This document shows, piece after piece, positions 54,413-63,826 of a DNA stretch of 64,000 nt; position 1 is the stretch's first letter; every line of letters begins with the position of its first letter. This stretch comes from Candidatus Dojkabacteria bacterium (GTDB taxonomy: Bacteria > Patescibacteriota > Dojkabacteria > B142 > OLB20): contig CP129475.1 in the NCBI GenBank assembly GCA_030583785.1, positions 415,559 to 479,558 on the forward strand. Reading direction: 5' to 3'. The notes below the pieces were generated by a model. The model was not told the origin of the DNA, did no database searches, and saw nothing but the letters and a program-made list of their open reading frames with translations. The translations under genes were made by a program, and so were the position numbers.

Positions 54413-56641
54413 CTAGATTATCCCCAGAGCCTGTTTTTTTGCTTCGATTTCTTTTTTATTAAGTCTGATAACCTCTTTTACCTCTGGATAATTCGGGTGT
54501 GCCCAAAATTCTCCAAATTTTCCGTTGCGCAAAACCATTCGTTTGCCATCTTTCGATTTCGGTTTTGTTCCATATATTTTCTTGAATACTGCCGAAGTAA
54601 ACTCGAGAGGTTTGGCATCCTTGATTTTTGGATACCCCGGATGTGCCCAAAATTTACCGTATCGGCCCCTTTTTAGTAAATAGTCTTTACCATCTTCTGT
54701 TTGGGGAGCAGGTTTGTACAGGCTAAGAAATTCATTTGTATATGCCTCTTTTGCTTGGTCAGCCTCTGTCTTACCATCTTCGGATCTCATCCCCTTGCAT
54801 TCAGGGAAATTAGAACAGCTAACAAATCTTCCATACCTGCCAAGTTTGATTATCATTGGCCTTTTGCAGTCAGGACATTTGTAATTACTTTTACCTAGAA
54901 CTGTAAAATCATCTCTAGAGATTTCTTTATCTTTAACTTCTAACTGCTTAGAAAAAGGTTTATAAAAGTCATGCATCATTTCAGTCCAGACCCTTTTACC
55001 TTCGGCAATATGATCAAGATCTTCTTCTAGATTGGCGGTGAAAGAAATATCTACTATATTGGGAAAATGTTTCTCTAAAAGCCTAGTTACAACCACACCT
55101 GTATCTGTGGGAACCAAGTTTCTACCTTCTTTTTCTACATACTTTCTAGCAAGGATTGTAGAAATTGTTGGAGCGTATGTCGAAGGTCTACCTATTCCAT
55201 ATTGTTCTAGTGATTTGATCAAACTTGCTTCGGAATACCTTGCTGGGGGACTCGTAAAATGTTGTTCAGCAAAAAGTTCGTTTAGAAATAGTTCCTGACT
55301 CTCTGTCAGTTTTGGAAGTAATTGCTCGCTTGTAGATTCCGGATAAACGCTTAGAAAGCCCGGGAATAGAATTTTTTGTCCGTTTAACTTAAAGAAATAT
55401 TCGGACACTCGAACCTTAACTTGAGTTGATTCGATAACTGCATCTTCCATTTGTGATGCCAGCATTCTATTTCTGATCAAGGTGTAGACTTTATCAGAGC
55501 TGGAATCAAGAGCCAATTTGTTTGCAGTTTTAGTTATATCAGAAGGCCTGATTGCTTCGTGTGCCTCTTGAGCTACTTTTGATTTTGTTTTGTAAGTTCG
55601 AGCATATTTTGGCAAATAGTCGTTACCATAATTTTTAGCGATAAATGCTTGCGTTTTCTTGACTGCTTCTGCACTGACATTAACCGAGTCTGTTCTCATA
55701 TATGTGATATAACCAGCCTCGTATAGCTTTTGGGCGATGGACATTGTTTGTTTAGCAGACATTCCATATTTGTTTGCACAAGCTTGCTGAAGTGTGCTTG
55801 TTGTAAAAGGTGGCTTAGGCGACCTTTTTTGTTTTTTACTTACGATTGAATCGATTATCCAATTTGCATTCTTTACTTTATCTATTACTTTGGTTGCCGA
55901 ATCTCTATTGGCCAGTTGGCTTTTATCGTTTGCATATCCGGCATATTCAAATACCAATCCTTTTGAGAATTCGTGTGATTCATCCTGTTTTTCGGAAAAG
56001 ACTACTCTAATTTGTTTTGCTGATTTTTTCTCTGTTAACAAAGCTTCTAGGGACCAATATTCTTCTGCTTTGAACGCTTCCCTTTCTCTTTCTCTGTCAA
56101 CTATTAGTTTTAGGGCTACAGATTGAACACGCCCAGCAGATAGACCAAATCTTATTTTCTTCCAGAGCAACGGGGAAAGTTTATAACCTACTATTCGATC
56201 CAGTATTCGCCTAGCTTGTTGAGCATTAACCAAATTGATGTCAACGGTTCGCGAATCTTTTATTGATTTGCTAATTGCATCTTTAGTAATTTCTGTAAAT
56301 ACAATCCTCTTAACAGGCTTACCCCTATTTACAATAGAGCCATTCTCTTTTATTGCTTTCAAACGAAGTGCGATATGCCAGCCAATGGCTTCCCCTTCGC
56401 GGTCAGGGTCAACTGCAAGAATGAGTTCATCTGCTTGTTTATAGGCTTCTTTGAGTGATCTTAAGGTTGCCTCTTTGCTGACAACATATTTTGGTTCAAA
56501 GTCATTTTCGATGTCTATCCCAATTTCTGATTTTGGTAGATCGATGATATGCCCTTTTGAAGCGACAACATGATAATCCTTCCCCAGATATTTCTGAATA
56601 GTTTTGGCCTTAGATGGTGACTCAACAATTACTAACTTCAT
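54413..56641 (-). CDS. topA: DNA topoisomerase I
   Basis: The Toprim N-terminus is KLVIVESPSKAKTIQKYLG. The active-site Tyr region and C-terminal zinc-ribbon and Lys-rich repeats follow (CPDCKRPM...CSNFPECKG). Confidence 0.9.
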   Translation of the reverse strand: MKLVIVESPSKAKTIQKYLGKDYHVVASKGHIIDLPKSEIGIDIENDFEPKYVVSKEATLRSLKEAYKQADELILAVDPDREGEAIGWHIALRLKAIKENGSIVNRGKPVKRIVFTEITKDAISKSIKDSRTVDINLVNAQQARRILDRIVGYKLSPLLWKKIRFGLSAGRVQSVALKLIVDREREREAFKAEEYWSLEALLTEKKSAKQIRVVFSEKQDESHEFSKGLVFEYAGYANDKSQLANRDSATKVIDKVKNANWIIDSIVSKKQKRSPKPPFTTSTLQQACANKYGMSAKQTMSIAQKLYEAGYITYMRTDSVNVSAEAVKKTQAFIAKNYGNDYLPKYARTYKTKSKVAQEAHEAIRPSDITKTANKLALDSSSDKVYTLIRNRMLASQMEDAVIESTQVKVRVSEYFFKLNGQKILFPGFLSVYPESTSEQLLPKLTESQELFLNELFAEQHFTSPPARYSEASLIKSLEQYGIGRPSTYAPTISTILARKYVEKEGRNLVPTDTGVVVTRLLEKHFPNIVDISFTANLEEDLDHIAEGKRVWTEMMHDFYKPFSKQLEVKDKEISRDDFTVLGKSNYKCPDCKRPMIIKLGRYGRFVSCSNFPECKGMRSEDGKTEADQAKEAYTNEFLSLYKPAPQTEDGKDYLLKRGRYGKFWAHPGYPKIKDAKPLEFTSAVFKKIYGTKPKSKDGKRMVLRNGKFGEFWAHPNYPEVKEVIRLNKKEIEAKKQALGII

Positions 56642-56647
56642 TTTCTT

Positions 56648-57685
56648 TTATTTGATTCGATAATATCCAGTCAATGATCTAGAAATAATTCCATTTATTT
56701 CTAATTTAAGCAAATAATTTGTAAGATCAGACTTTGCTATATTAACAGATTCTGCCAATTGCTCAAATGAGAGATCATTTTCTTGAAGCTGAACAAGAAT
56801 TGAATTGGTTATACTGTCTTGAGAATTAGTCGAATTAGTTGCTGTAATTTTTAGATAAGAAGCTAGCTTCTCAACAGATTCGACAGCCTGACTTATATTC
56901 TCGGATATCAGGTAGTTTGTACCAGAATTTTTGGAGAAGATTGAATTAGGGAACGAGTATACTGTCCTAGAATAATCAAACGCTAATCTTGCCGTAATTA
57001 GGGCTCCACTTTTAATTGGTGCCTCGACAACAATTGTGTCATCTGCTATTCCGGCTATTATCCTATTTCTTCTAGGGAAGATATATTTGTCATAAGTTTC
57101 TTGATTGTAAAACTCTGATACAACGACGCCACCATTATCAATGATTGAATTATAAGTTTTAATATTTGATCTTGGCGCAGGATTTGAAACAGAAGTTCCA
57201 AGCACTGCGACACAACAGTCTGCATGTTTGGGAAGAATACTTTGATGTGCAATTACATCAATTCCTAACGCCAAACCACTGACTATATTAATACTGTTTT
57301 TTACCAGCAGATCTGAAACCATAGATGTAATTCTCTCACCGTAAGATGTGCAGTTTCTTGTACCAACAACAGCTATGTTTCTTCTCTGATTGATTATTTC
57401 GATACAACCCTTGTAAAAAAGTACAAGCGGAGCATCTGCAATGTTTAGTAAGTTTATTGGGTAATTAGCTTCGCCATAAACCACAAAACTATTCGTATCA
57501 ATTTCGGAACATACGCTCTTTGCGATACCGAGCTTGTGTTTGACTTTTTTATACAAAGTCGAGGAATTGTCTTGCAAGAAAGAGTTAATAGACTGGTAAT
57601 CGTTTAATACTTTCTTAAAAAAAGTAGGACCGACACCTTGAGTATTTGCCAAAATTAATCTTGAATATTTTTCTTGTTCAGTCAT
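56648..57685 (-). CDS. dprA: DNA processing protein DprA (Smf)
   Basis: The Rossmann-like core is NIAVVGTRNCTSYGERITSMVSDLLVKNSINIVSGLALGIDVIAHQ. A C-terminal winged-helix-like tail follows. Confidence 0.85.
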   Translation of the reverse strand: MTEQEKYSRLILANTQGVGPTFFKKVLNDYQSINSFLQDNSSTLYKKVKHKLGIAKSVCSEIDTNSFVVYGEANYPINLLNIADAPLVLFYKGCIEIINQRRNIAVVGTRNCTSYGERITSMVSDLLVKNSINIVSGLALGIDVIAHQSILPKHADCCVAVLGTSVSNPAPRSNIKTYNSIIDNGGVVVSEFYNQETYDKYIFPRRNRIIAGIADDTIVVEAPIKSGALITARLAFDYSRTVYSFPNSIFSKNSGTNYLISENISQAVESVEKLASYLKITATNSTNSQDSITNSILVQLQENDLSFEQLAESVNIAKSDLTNYLLKLEINGIISRSLTGYYRIK

Positions 57686-59586
57686 ATGATTTCACATTTA
57701 TCTGCGAAATCATTGTAAAGGCAAGAAATAAATTTTTTCATAATTGGAACAGTTTTAAATCCTCTGCCGCCCCATTGCTGCATTGTTGTATAACAATAAT
57801 TTTCCTGCTCATAATCAAAACATCCTACAACCCATGAATGCGCGCCTTTGTAATACTTTCCTTGGATATATTCACCTGCATCAGCCGATCCAGTTTTTGC
57901 AATCACATTACCGGGAAGATTCCCCAGGCCAAGAGCCGTTCCATCAAAAGCAGCTTTTCGCATACCCTCTTTTATAATGTCTAGCGTCTTTTTGGAAATA
58001 TTTAGTTCACCCTTTGTAACAGCGACATGTTCTTCAAGAACAGTACCGTTTGGACTTTCGATCCTAGATACAAGATGCGGCTTAACAATTATCCCTCCAT
58101 TTGCAATTGCCGATGTTGCGACTGTCATTTGCAGAGGAGTAACAGTAACCAGTCCTTGACCGATAATTGTATTGCACTCATCACCTGTATACCATGGTTC
58201 ATTTAACAACCTTCTTTTTAGTTCAGGAGATGCCATTGTTCCAGCAGTCTCTCCGGGCAGGTCAATCTCTGTCCTTATTCCGAGTCCGAATCGCGTAGCG
58301 TAGTCGATAAGTGTCCGAATTCCACTCCTTTGTTTATTGATATCTAAGGCTAAATTACAAAAGTAGATATTACTAGATTTTTGTATTGCATCAATAACAT
58401 TCACATTTCCTAGGTAACCCATATCAGCCTCGCAAAACTTAATGCCTCCGGGTAAGTCCATACATCTATTTGACATGTATCTTGTATCCTTCGTAACAAC
58501 TCCCTCTTCTAATCCTGCCGCAGCACCAATAACTTTCCATACAGACCCCGGGGGAAGTTGGAGTCCAATAACTCTATTTAGTAGAGGTGTCTTCGGGTTA
58601 TTCAGTAATTCCTGAAATTCAGAAGAGCTAATCCCTTCTGCGAATTTATTGTTATCATACGATGGCAAACTTACTAAAGCCTTTACTTCGCCTGTTCTGC
58701 TATTCATGATCACGCCTGCAGAGGCAAAGGCTCCGGATTCAATAAGCTGTGCGTTCATTATATCTGTCAGCTTAACCTGCCAATCGTGGTTAATCGTCAA
58801 GACGATATTATCTCCATATTTTACATTCTGAGGAACATATGTTCGTCTACGATCCTCAACTACTGCTCTCTCAGTAATCTCAACTCCCTCTATCCCTCTA
58901 AGGATATCGTCGTATGATTTCTCAATTCCAATCTTTCCGACTCTGGACTCAGAATAAACTCCATTATCTATGTCCTGCTGTGTCGGATCACCTACATAAC
59001 CAATAATATGGGCATAATATTCAGAATAATTATATTCTCTCTCAGGTTCTACACTTATATATACACCCGGAAGATCGGGTACAATTGTCAGGAGTGCTAG
59101 ATATTCATCAAAAGAAAGGTTGTTTACGATACTAACTCGATTAATTTTTCGTTTGTTTCCATTCTCGTCATATACTGCAGTTTGATACCTATTTATTATG
59201 TCATCTTCACCAATTTCGAGATATGCAGATAAATTCTCAAGTACAGGAAGTTCATCAGTTTCTGATATCTGTGATGGATTCACATACAAACTATAGGAAG
59301 GCAGATTGTAGGCTAGCTTTGTTCCATTTGAGTCATAAATAATGCCTCTTGGAGGAATTATCATGTTGGTGGAGCGATTGATTCTTGTTGCTACTTTTAG
59401 GTTCTGACTACCTTCAATAATTTGAAGATTAAATAGATTTAAGAACAGAAATCCGAAAACAAAGACCATTAGAAGGTAGACCGGCAGGTATCGCCATGAA
59501 AAACTAATTCCTTGAAAAGCGTTCTTCCCTGTTTGAAGATTAACGAAATCTATTCTATTTCTTTTTGGATTATTTTTTAAACGCAT
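57682..59586 (-). CDS. mrdA: Penicillin-binding protein 2 (elongasome transpeptidase)
   Basis: An N-terminal TM and dimerisation domain precede SxxK (PPGSVWK), SxN (QKSSN) and KTGS/T (AKTGSA) motifs. It sits directly downstream of mreBCD. Confidence 0.85.
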   Translation of the reverse strand: MRLKNNPKRNRIDFVNLQTGKNAFQGISFSWRYLPVYLLMVFVFGFLFLNLFNLQIIEGSQNLKVATRINRSTNMIIPPRGIIYDSNGTKLAYNLPSYSLYVNPSQISETDELPVLENLSAYLEIGEDDIINRYQTAVYDENGNKRKINRVSIVNNLSFDEYLALLTIVPDLPGVYISVEPEREYNYSEYYAHIIGYVGDPTQQDIDNGVYSESRVGKIGIEKSYDDILRGIEGVEITERAVVEDRRRTYVPQNVKYGDNIVLTINHDWQVKLTDIMNAQLIESGAFASAGVIMNSRTGEVKALVSLPSYDNNKFAEGISSSEFQELLNNPKTPLLNRVIGLQLPPGSVWKVIGAAAGLEEGVVTKDTRYMSNRCMDLPGGIKFCEADMGYLGNVNVIDAIQKSSNIYFCNLALDINKQRSGIRTLIDYATRFGLGIRTEIDLPGETAGTMASPELKRRLLNEPWYTGDECNTIIGQGLVTVTPLQMTVATSAIANGGIIVKPHLVSRIESPNGTVLEEHVAVTKGELNISKKTLDIIKEGMRKAAFDGTALGLGNLPGNVIAKTGSADAGEYIQGKYYKGAHSWVVGCFDYEQENYCYTTMQQWGGRGFKTVPIMKKFISCLYNDFADKCEII

Positions 59587-60049
59587 TTACTGGTTGCCTA
59601 ATTTTTGCAGCAAGGAATATTGCAATAACCAGTATAACACCATTCATAAACAGAGCTGTAAAATCAAACTGGTTGCTTGTCCCACCTAATAGTAAAAGCA
59701 GTTGATGTCTTACAATAAGTGCCACTACAAAGACTATAGATATTTTCAGGTCTAGATTTTCTTGAGAAAGAAACGATGATAATCGATATACAAGTTCAAC
59801 TAGCGCTAGCGAGATAAAGAACGAAAGAGACGAGTATCCGACTATTGTTTGGAAAGTCACTATCTCAATAACCGAAGTTGCGCTAACTACATATATTACT
59901 GCAAGTTTCTTTCTTTTTATAAGAAGCAGAAACAATACACATATATATATGAGTCTTAATTCAGAAAATACTGGTTGAGGAGATGTTGCAAATACTATCT
60001 CAAGTAGAGGAAAAGCAGTAAGTAGAAGTCCTGTGATTAAGGTATTCAT
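59570..60049 (-). CDS. mreD: Rod shape-determining protein MreD (polytopic, 159 aa)
   Basis: About 5 TM helices, size and position after mreC. No strong sequence motif. Confidence 0.5.
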   Translation of the reverse strand: MNTLITGLLLTAFPLLEIVFATSPQPVFSELRLIYICVLFLLLIKRKKLAVIYVVSATSVIEIVTFQTIVGYSSLSFFISLALVELVYRLSSFLSQENLDLKISIVFVVALIVRHQLLLLLGGTSNQFDFTALFMNGVILVIAIFLAAKIRQPVNAFKK

Positions 60050-60900
60050 TGCCTCTGTTTAATAATGTATAGTTTTTCCAGATTGTTAAATTCAACCAGA
60101 GATTCTACTCTTGCCGTTTTGGTGAGTTCGCTTTCAACTGATGTGATTGAACCAATTCTGCCAATATTTAGCCCATATGGATACTTGTTATTTAAACCAG
60201 ATGTAATTAGTAACTCGCCTTGCTGAAGCTCATTCTGAATAAGGACCTCTGTCAAGAGCATCCCGATCCCGAGTTCCCCCTTCACTAAGCCTTTTGTTGA
60301 ACTATTAATACCTATTACTGGAACCACGCTTTCCGGTGAAGTTAATAATCTTATTCTTGAATTGCCAACTTCTGTCTCGATTATCTCTCCAAGTGCAAAG
60401 TTATCGATTATGGCAATATCTCCAATTTTTAAATCGCTTTCCGAACCCTTGTTGATAACTAACTCTCCTACTTTTGTGCGATCGTACATGATAACCCTTG
60501 CTGGTATGATGTCAAAAGCAAGATCAAATTGTAACTGTTTCGTAATTGCTCTGAGTTCATTCACCTCAATCAGGAGTTTCGCATTATCTGATTCAATTTT
60601 TAGGCTTTGCTCTCTAAGAAGGTCGTTTTCTGTTCTAACCTCAGCCAAACTAGAAAAGAAATTAATTTCTTTATCGATTCCCTGAAAAAAGCTGGTGCTG
60701 TCTGCAAGTAACCCCTGTGTTACATATGTGATTACTATTCTGATACCATTAAATGTTCCAGCCAGTGAAAACAGAATCAATAGAAACGAGGCTATTGTGC
60801 CAGCTACTATATGCGCAGGATTAAGAAGATTACCTTTATTTTTCATTTCCCCGTTAGATAATATTGTCACCTTTAACTTGGATTCGCTCCAGAAGCTCAA
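60046..60900 (-). CDS. mreC: Rod shape-determining protein MreC (probable start MKNKGN, about 60846)
   Basis: A TM anchor and coiled coil (LREQSLKIESDNAKLLIEVNELRAITKQLQ) lead into a C-terminal beta domain (GDIAIIDNFALGEIIE...). Position is between mreB and mreD. Confidence 0.7.
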   Translation of the reverse strand: MSFWSESKLKVTILSNGEMKNKGNLLNPAHIVAGTIASFLLILFSLAGTFNGIRIVITYVTQGLLADSTSFFQGIDKEINFFSSLAEVRTENDLLREQSLKIESDNAKLLIEVNELRAITKQLQFDLAFDIIPARVIMYDRTKVGELVINKGSESDLKIGDIAIIDNFALGEIIETEVGNSRIRLLTSPESVVPVIGINSSTKGLVKGELGIGMLLTEVLIQNELQQGELLITSGLNNKYPYGLNIGRIGSITSVESELTKTARVESLVEFNNLEKLYIIKQRQ

Positions 60901-61909
60901 TTTCGTCGAGAAGAATTTCAGTTCCGCGTACTACAGCTGTAAGTGGGTCTTCAGCAATAATAACTGGAGTATTTAGCCTTTCTTCCATAAATTTATCTAT
61001 CCCTTGAATTAGTGCTCCTCCTCCAGCTAGAGTTATACCCCTATCTAATAGATCAGCAAGTATTTCTGGAGGGGATTGCTCTATTGCTTCTTTGATTGCA
61101 TCAGATAGCTTTTCAAGGACCTTAGTCATAGCCTCTCTAACCTCAACACTAGACATAGACACTACCCTTGGTAACCCTGTGACAAGGTCTCTTCCCTTAG
61201 CGTCAATGGATGTCTCTTTTTTTAAGGGTACAGCTGAACCAATGGCGATCTTAATATCTTCGGCCATTTTCTGACCGATGAGAATATTATATTTGTGTCT
61301 GGCGTAATTGAGAATTTCTTCGTCGAATTCGTTTCCAGCAATTCTAATAGTATTATCTACCACAATACCTCCAAGGGAAATAACTGCAATGTCAGTTGTT
61401 CCTGCGCCAATATCGACGATCATACTACCTGAAGCGTCATCGATTGGTAGTCTTGCTCCGACTGCTGCTGCCATAGGTTCTTCAATAATGTAGACTTTTC
61501 TGGCCCCTGCAGATAAGGCGGCATCTATGACAGCCCTACCTTCGACTTCGGTGATAGATGATGGGATACCAATGATAACTCTTGGCCTGGGAAGATGAGG
61601 GAATTTTGGATACAACTCGTAAACCTTCTGTATAAAAAACCTGATCATTGCCTCTGTGGAGTCAAAATCAGAGATAACACCATCATCCAAAGGTTTTATT
61701 GCCACTATGTTGGCAGGAGTTCTACCAATCATCCTTTTCGCTTCTGCTCCGACTGCCAAGACCTGTTTAGTATTCTGATTAACGGCAACAACAGAAGGCT
61801 CGTTTATTATGACCCCCTGGCCTTTTAATGCAACTAATGTACTCGATGTACCCAAATCTATACCTATATCATGGGTAACCATCGACCAGATTGATTCAAG
61901 AAATGACAT
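60854..61909 (-). CDS. mreB: Actin-like rod shape-determining protein MreB
   Basis: DIGIDLGTSSTLVALKGQGVIINEPSVVAV...DIGAGTTDIAVISLGGIV...TLAGGGALIQGI are actin-fold phosphate 1/2 and adenosine motifs typical of MreB. Confidence 0.9.
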   Translation of the reverse strand: MSFLESIWSMVTHDIGIDLGTSSTLVALKGQGVIINEPSVVAVNQNTKQVLAVGAEAKRMIGRTPANIVAIKPLDDGVISDFDSTEAMIRFFIQKVYELYPKFPHLPRPRVIIGIPSSITEVEGRAVIDAALSAGARKVYIIEEPMAAAVGARLPIDDASGSMIVDIGAGTTDIAVISLGGIVVDNTIRIAGNEFDEEILNYARHKYNILIGQKMAEDIKIAIGSAVPLKKETSIDAKGRDLVTGLPRVVSMSSVEVREAMTKVLEKLSDAIKEAIEQSPPEILADLLDRGITLAGGGALIQGIDKFMEERLNTPVIIAEDPLTAVVRGTEILLDEIELLERIQVKGDNII

Positions 61910-62234
61910 ATTTTGAACAATAGATTAAGTCATATTGTAGCACCCCGATTTTATTTTATCTATGAAGCATAGTGTGATATTGAGCAATAACTGATTAATT
62001 GCTATACTCAAATAACCCTACTGCAGGTGTACGGATAAGAAATAATTGAACCTACACTTTCTCGAAAGGGAATCCGATATCTCTCCTTCTCCTTGGAGTC
62101 GGAGCTGAGGAAAACCACGTGTTTTACTACGGATTCAATTAACTTATCTAACGCATGTGGTAGGGCCTTTTATGCACGATTATTTCCATTTATAAACACA
62201 TTTAAGTATAATAGCCGTGCATTGTTGATTAGTT

Positions 62235-62310
62235 GCTGGAATAGCTCAGTTGGTAGAGCATACCCATGGTAAGGGTAAGGTCTCGGGTTCGACCCCCGAT
62301 TCCAGCTCCA
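62235..62310 (+). tRNA. tRNA-Thr(GGT), CCA encoded
   Basis: GCTGGAA-TA-GCTC-AGTTGGTA-GAGC-A-TACCC-ATGGTAA-GGGTA-AGGTC-TCGGG-TTCGACC-CCCGA-TTCCAGC-T-CCA. The fold is hand-built with anticodon GGT. Confidence 0.85.
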
Positions 62311-62363
62311 AAGTAAAGCAAGTTTGTAGAAAATAAATCTTGTTTTGGTATAATGGCGATAAC

Positions 62364-62449
62364 GCAGGGATGGCAGAGCGGTCAAATGCTCCAGACTGTA
62401 AATCTGGCGTCGCGAGACTACGGGGGTTCGAGTCCCTCTCCCTGCACCA
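62364..62449 (+). tRNA. tRNA-Tyr(GTA), type II with long variable arm, CCA encoded
   Basis: The acceptor is GCAGGGA/TCCCTGC, the anticodon arm CCAGA-CTGTAAA-TCTGG, and the variable arm CGTCGCGAGACTACGG. The T arm is GGGGG-TTCGAGT-CCCTC, with discriminator A + CCA. Confidence 0.85.
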
Positions 62450-62572
62450 TTCTTTGTGAGCAAAGCGAACAATTAGAAGGGTGACGTGCCCTTGGTACTG
62501 CACCATTCTTTGTGAGCAAAGCGAACAATTAGAAGGGTGACGTGCCCTTGGTACTGCACCATTCTTTGTGAG
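62442..62572 (+). repeat. Tandem direct repeat, 56-bp unit x2 plus 19-bp partial third copy, first copy beginning with the last 8 nt (CTGCACCA) of tRNA-Tyr
   Basis: The unit ctgcaccattctttgtgagcaaagcgaacaattagaagggtgacgtgcccttggta begins at 62442 and 62498, identical, and partially again at 62554. Each unit holds a small hairpin AAGGGtgacgtgCCCTT. Confidence 0.85.
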
Positions 62573-62580
62573 AATCAGTT

Positions 62581-62656
62581 GCTGGGATAGCTCAGTTGGT
62601 AGAGCAACGGTTTTGTAAACCGTCGGTCAAGGGTTCGAGTCCCTTTCCCAGCTCCA
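62581..62656 (+). tRNA. tRNA-Thr(TGT), CCA encoded
   Basis: GCTGGGA-TA-GCTC-AGTTGGTA-GAGC-A-ACGGT-TTTGTAA-ACCGT-CGGTC-AAGGG-TTCGAGT-CCCTT-TCCCAGC-T-CCA. Confidence 0.85.
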
Positions 62657-62736
62657 AAATAATCCACCACTTCTTGTTAATTCAAGATTTCTGCAAAATA
62701 TGACAACAGAATGCCATGGCAATGGTATAATTCATC

Positions 62737-63462
62737 ATGCAAATCGAAGGAAGAAACACAGTTATTGAGGCCTTAAAGGCTAAGAGTAATCTTAAAGTCA
62801 TATATATTGACGAGAACATTGCTGCCGATCCAAAAATCAATAAAATACGCAAACTAGCATCTATGCAAAATGTTCCAATTAGACACAAACCAAAAAAACA
62901 CTTTAAAAAGATATCTCAAACTGGAACCCATCAAGGAGTCATAGCTGTTAAGCAACAAGAAATACCCCGAAGCTTTCTTGAATTGATACATAACAATATT
63001 GAAAAAGATTTTCAATACTACATTTATATTCGTGAGGCTCTATATGAACATAACATCGGGGCGATTATCAGAACTGCAGAAGCGGCAGGTGCATCTGGCG
63101 TAATCCTCCCCCCAAAAACTAAAATGACGGCACAAACCGTTAGAATATCAATGGGTGGGACAGAACATGTTCCCGTTATCAACGAAAGCCTTTTTCCTGC
63201 AATAAAAACCGCCAAAAGCAATGGACTCAGAGTAATTGGTATCGAAGTCAGCGGAGAAAACTACTACTTTGAATCCGACCTAGTGGGCCCTGCTCTATTT
63301 ATTATTGGCGGTGAAGATAGACCTCTAAGCGAAGAAATAACTTCTAGATGCGACTTGGTAGTTAAAATTCCACTCCTCGGTTACTTAAACTCATTAAATA
63401 TGAGTGTCGCAGCAGCAATTGTTTTATACGATAAAGTTCGTCAAGAATTATCAAAAAAATAA
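62737..63462 (+). CDS. SpoU/TrmH-family RNA 2'-O-methyltransferase (RlmB-like)
   Basis: An N-terminal L30e-like substrate domain (IEGRNTVIEALKA) precedes SPOUT motifs (GAIIRTAEAAGASGVIL ... LFIIGGEDRPLS ... IPLLGYLNSLNMSVAAAIVLY). Confidence 0.8.
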   Translation: MQIEGRNTVIEALKAKSNLKVIYIDENIAADPKINKIRKLASMQNVPIRHKPKKHFKKISQTGTHQGVIAVKQQEIPRSFLELIHNNIEKDFQYYIYIREALYEHNIGAIIRTAEAAGASGVILPPKTKMTAQTVRISMGGTEHVPVINESLFPAIKTAKSNGLRVIGIEVSGENYYFESDLVGPALFIIGGEDRPLSEEITSRCDLVVKIPLLGYLNSLNMSVAAAIVLYDKVRQELSKK

Positions 63463-63494
63463 GTTGCTTGGCTGGACTATCTGCAGGTTTATGG

Positions 63495-63500
63495 TACAAT
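63495..63500 (+). promoter_or_regulatory. Candidate extended -10 (TGgTACAAT) upstream of rpmG-tRNATrp-secE
   Basis: The sequence tatggTACAAT at 63491..63500 lies about 50 nt upstream of the rpmG ATG. This is by eye only. Confidence 0.3.
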
Positions 63501-63549
63501 AGCCTAGATTTTCCCGTATATGGGTTATTAATTTATTACGCGTTCGGAC

Positions 63550-63717
63550 ATGGCCAAAAAAGGCAACCGCATCTTGATCAGGTTAATGAACAAAGCTACA
63601 GGTACATTTTATGTATCTAGCAAAAATAGAATAAACACTACCGACAAACTCAAAGTCCAAAAGTTTGATAAAAAAACCGGAAAGCACGAGATTTTTGAGG
63701 AGACAAAAATTAAGTAA
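63550..63717 (+). CDS. rpmG: 50S ribosomal protein L33 (55 aa; below ORF-track cutoff)
   Basis: The translation MAKKGNRILIRLMNKATGTFYVSSKNRINTTDKLKVQKFDKKTGKHEIFEETKIK is the L33 fold pattern without Cys ligands, with stop TAA at 63715. Confidence 0.8.
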   Translation: MAKKGNRILIRLMNKATGTFYVSSKNRINTTDKLKVQKFDKKTGKHEIFEETKIK

Positions 63718-63723
63718 GCTCAT

Positions 63724-63798
63724 AGAGCCATGGTGTCAATGGTAGCACGGCGGTCTCCAAAACCGTTGGTAGTGGTTCGAATCCACTTGGCTCTGCCA
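63724..63798 (+). tRNA. tRNA-Trp(CCA), CCA encoded
   Basis: AGAGCCA-TG-GTGT-CAATGGTA-GCAC-G-GCGGT-CTCCAAA-ACCGT-TGGT-AGTGG-TTCGAAT-CCACT-TGGCTCT-G-CCA. It sits in the classic position between rpmG and secE. Confidence 0.85.
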
Positions 63799-63826
63799 TA
63801 GTGGAATAATATTGTAGAGTATCAAA

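Noticed and set aside
61910-62234. 325-bp intergenic region upstream of the tRNA cluster, searched for RNase P, SRP, tmRNA or 6S RNA signatures
   Set aside because: I could not find the conserved RNase P (AGGAAAGTCC-like), SRP domain IV or tmRNA tag-ORF/TLD motifs by eye. It is probably promoter/leader for the tRNA operon and mreB. A covariance-model scan (Infernal/Rfam) would be decisive.
62170-62506. Minus-strand ORFs 62170..62472 (100 aa) and 62246..62506 (86 aa)
   Set aside because: They run antisense through tRNA-Thr(GGT), tRNA-Tyr and the 56-bp tandem repeat, and the translations have no protein-like features. They are artefacts of the AT-poor tRNA region.
62442-62572. Possible CRISPR array (short direct repeats near tRNAs)
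   Set aside because: The units are contiguous 56-bp copies with no intervening unique spacers and only 2.3 copies. The sequence derives from the tRNA 3' end. No cas genes are nearby.
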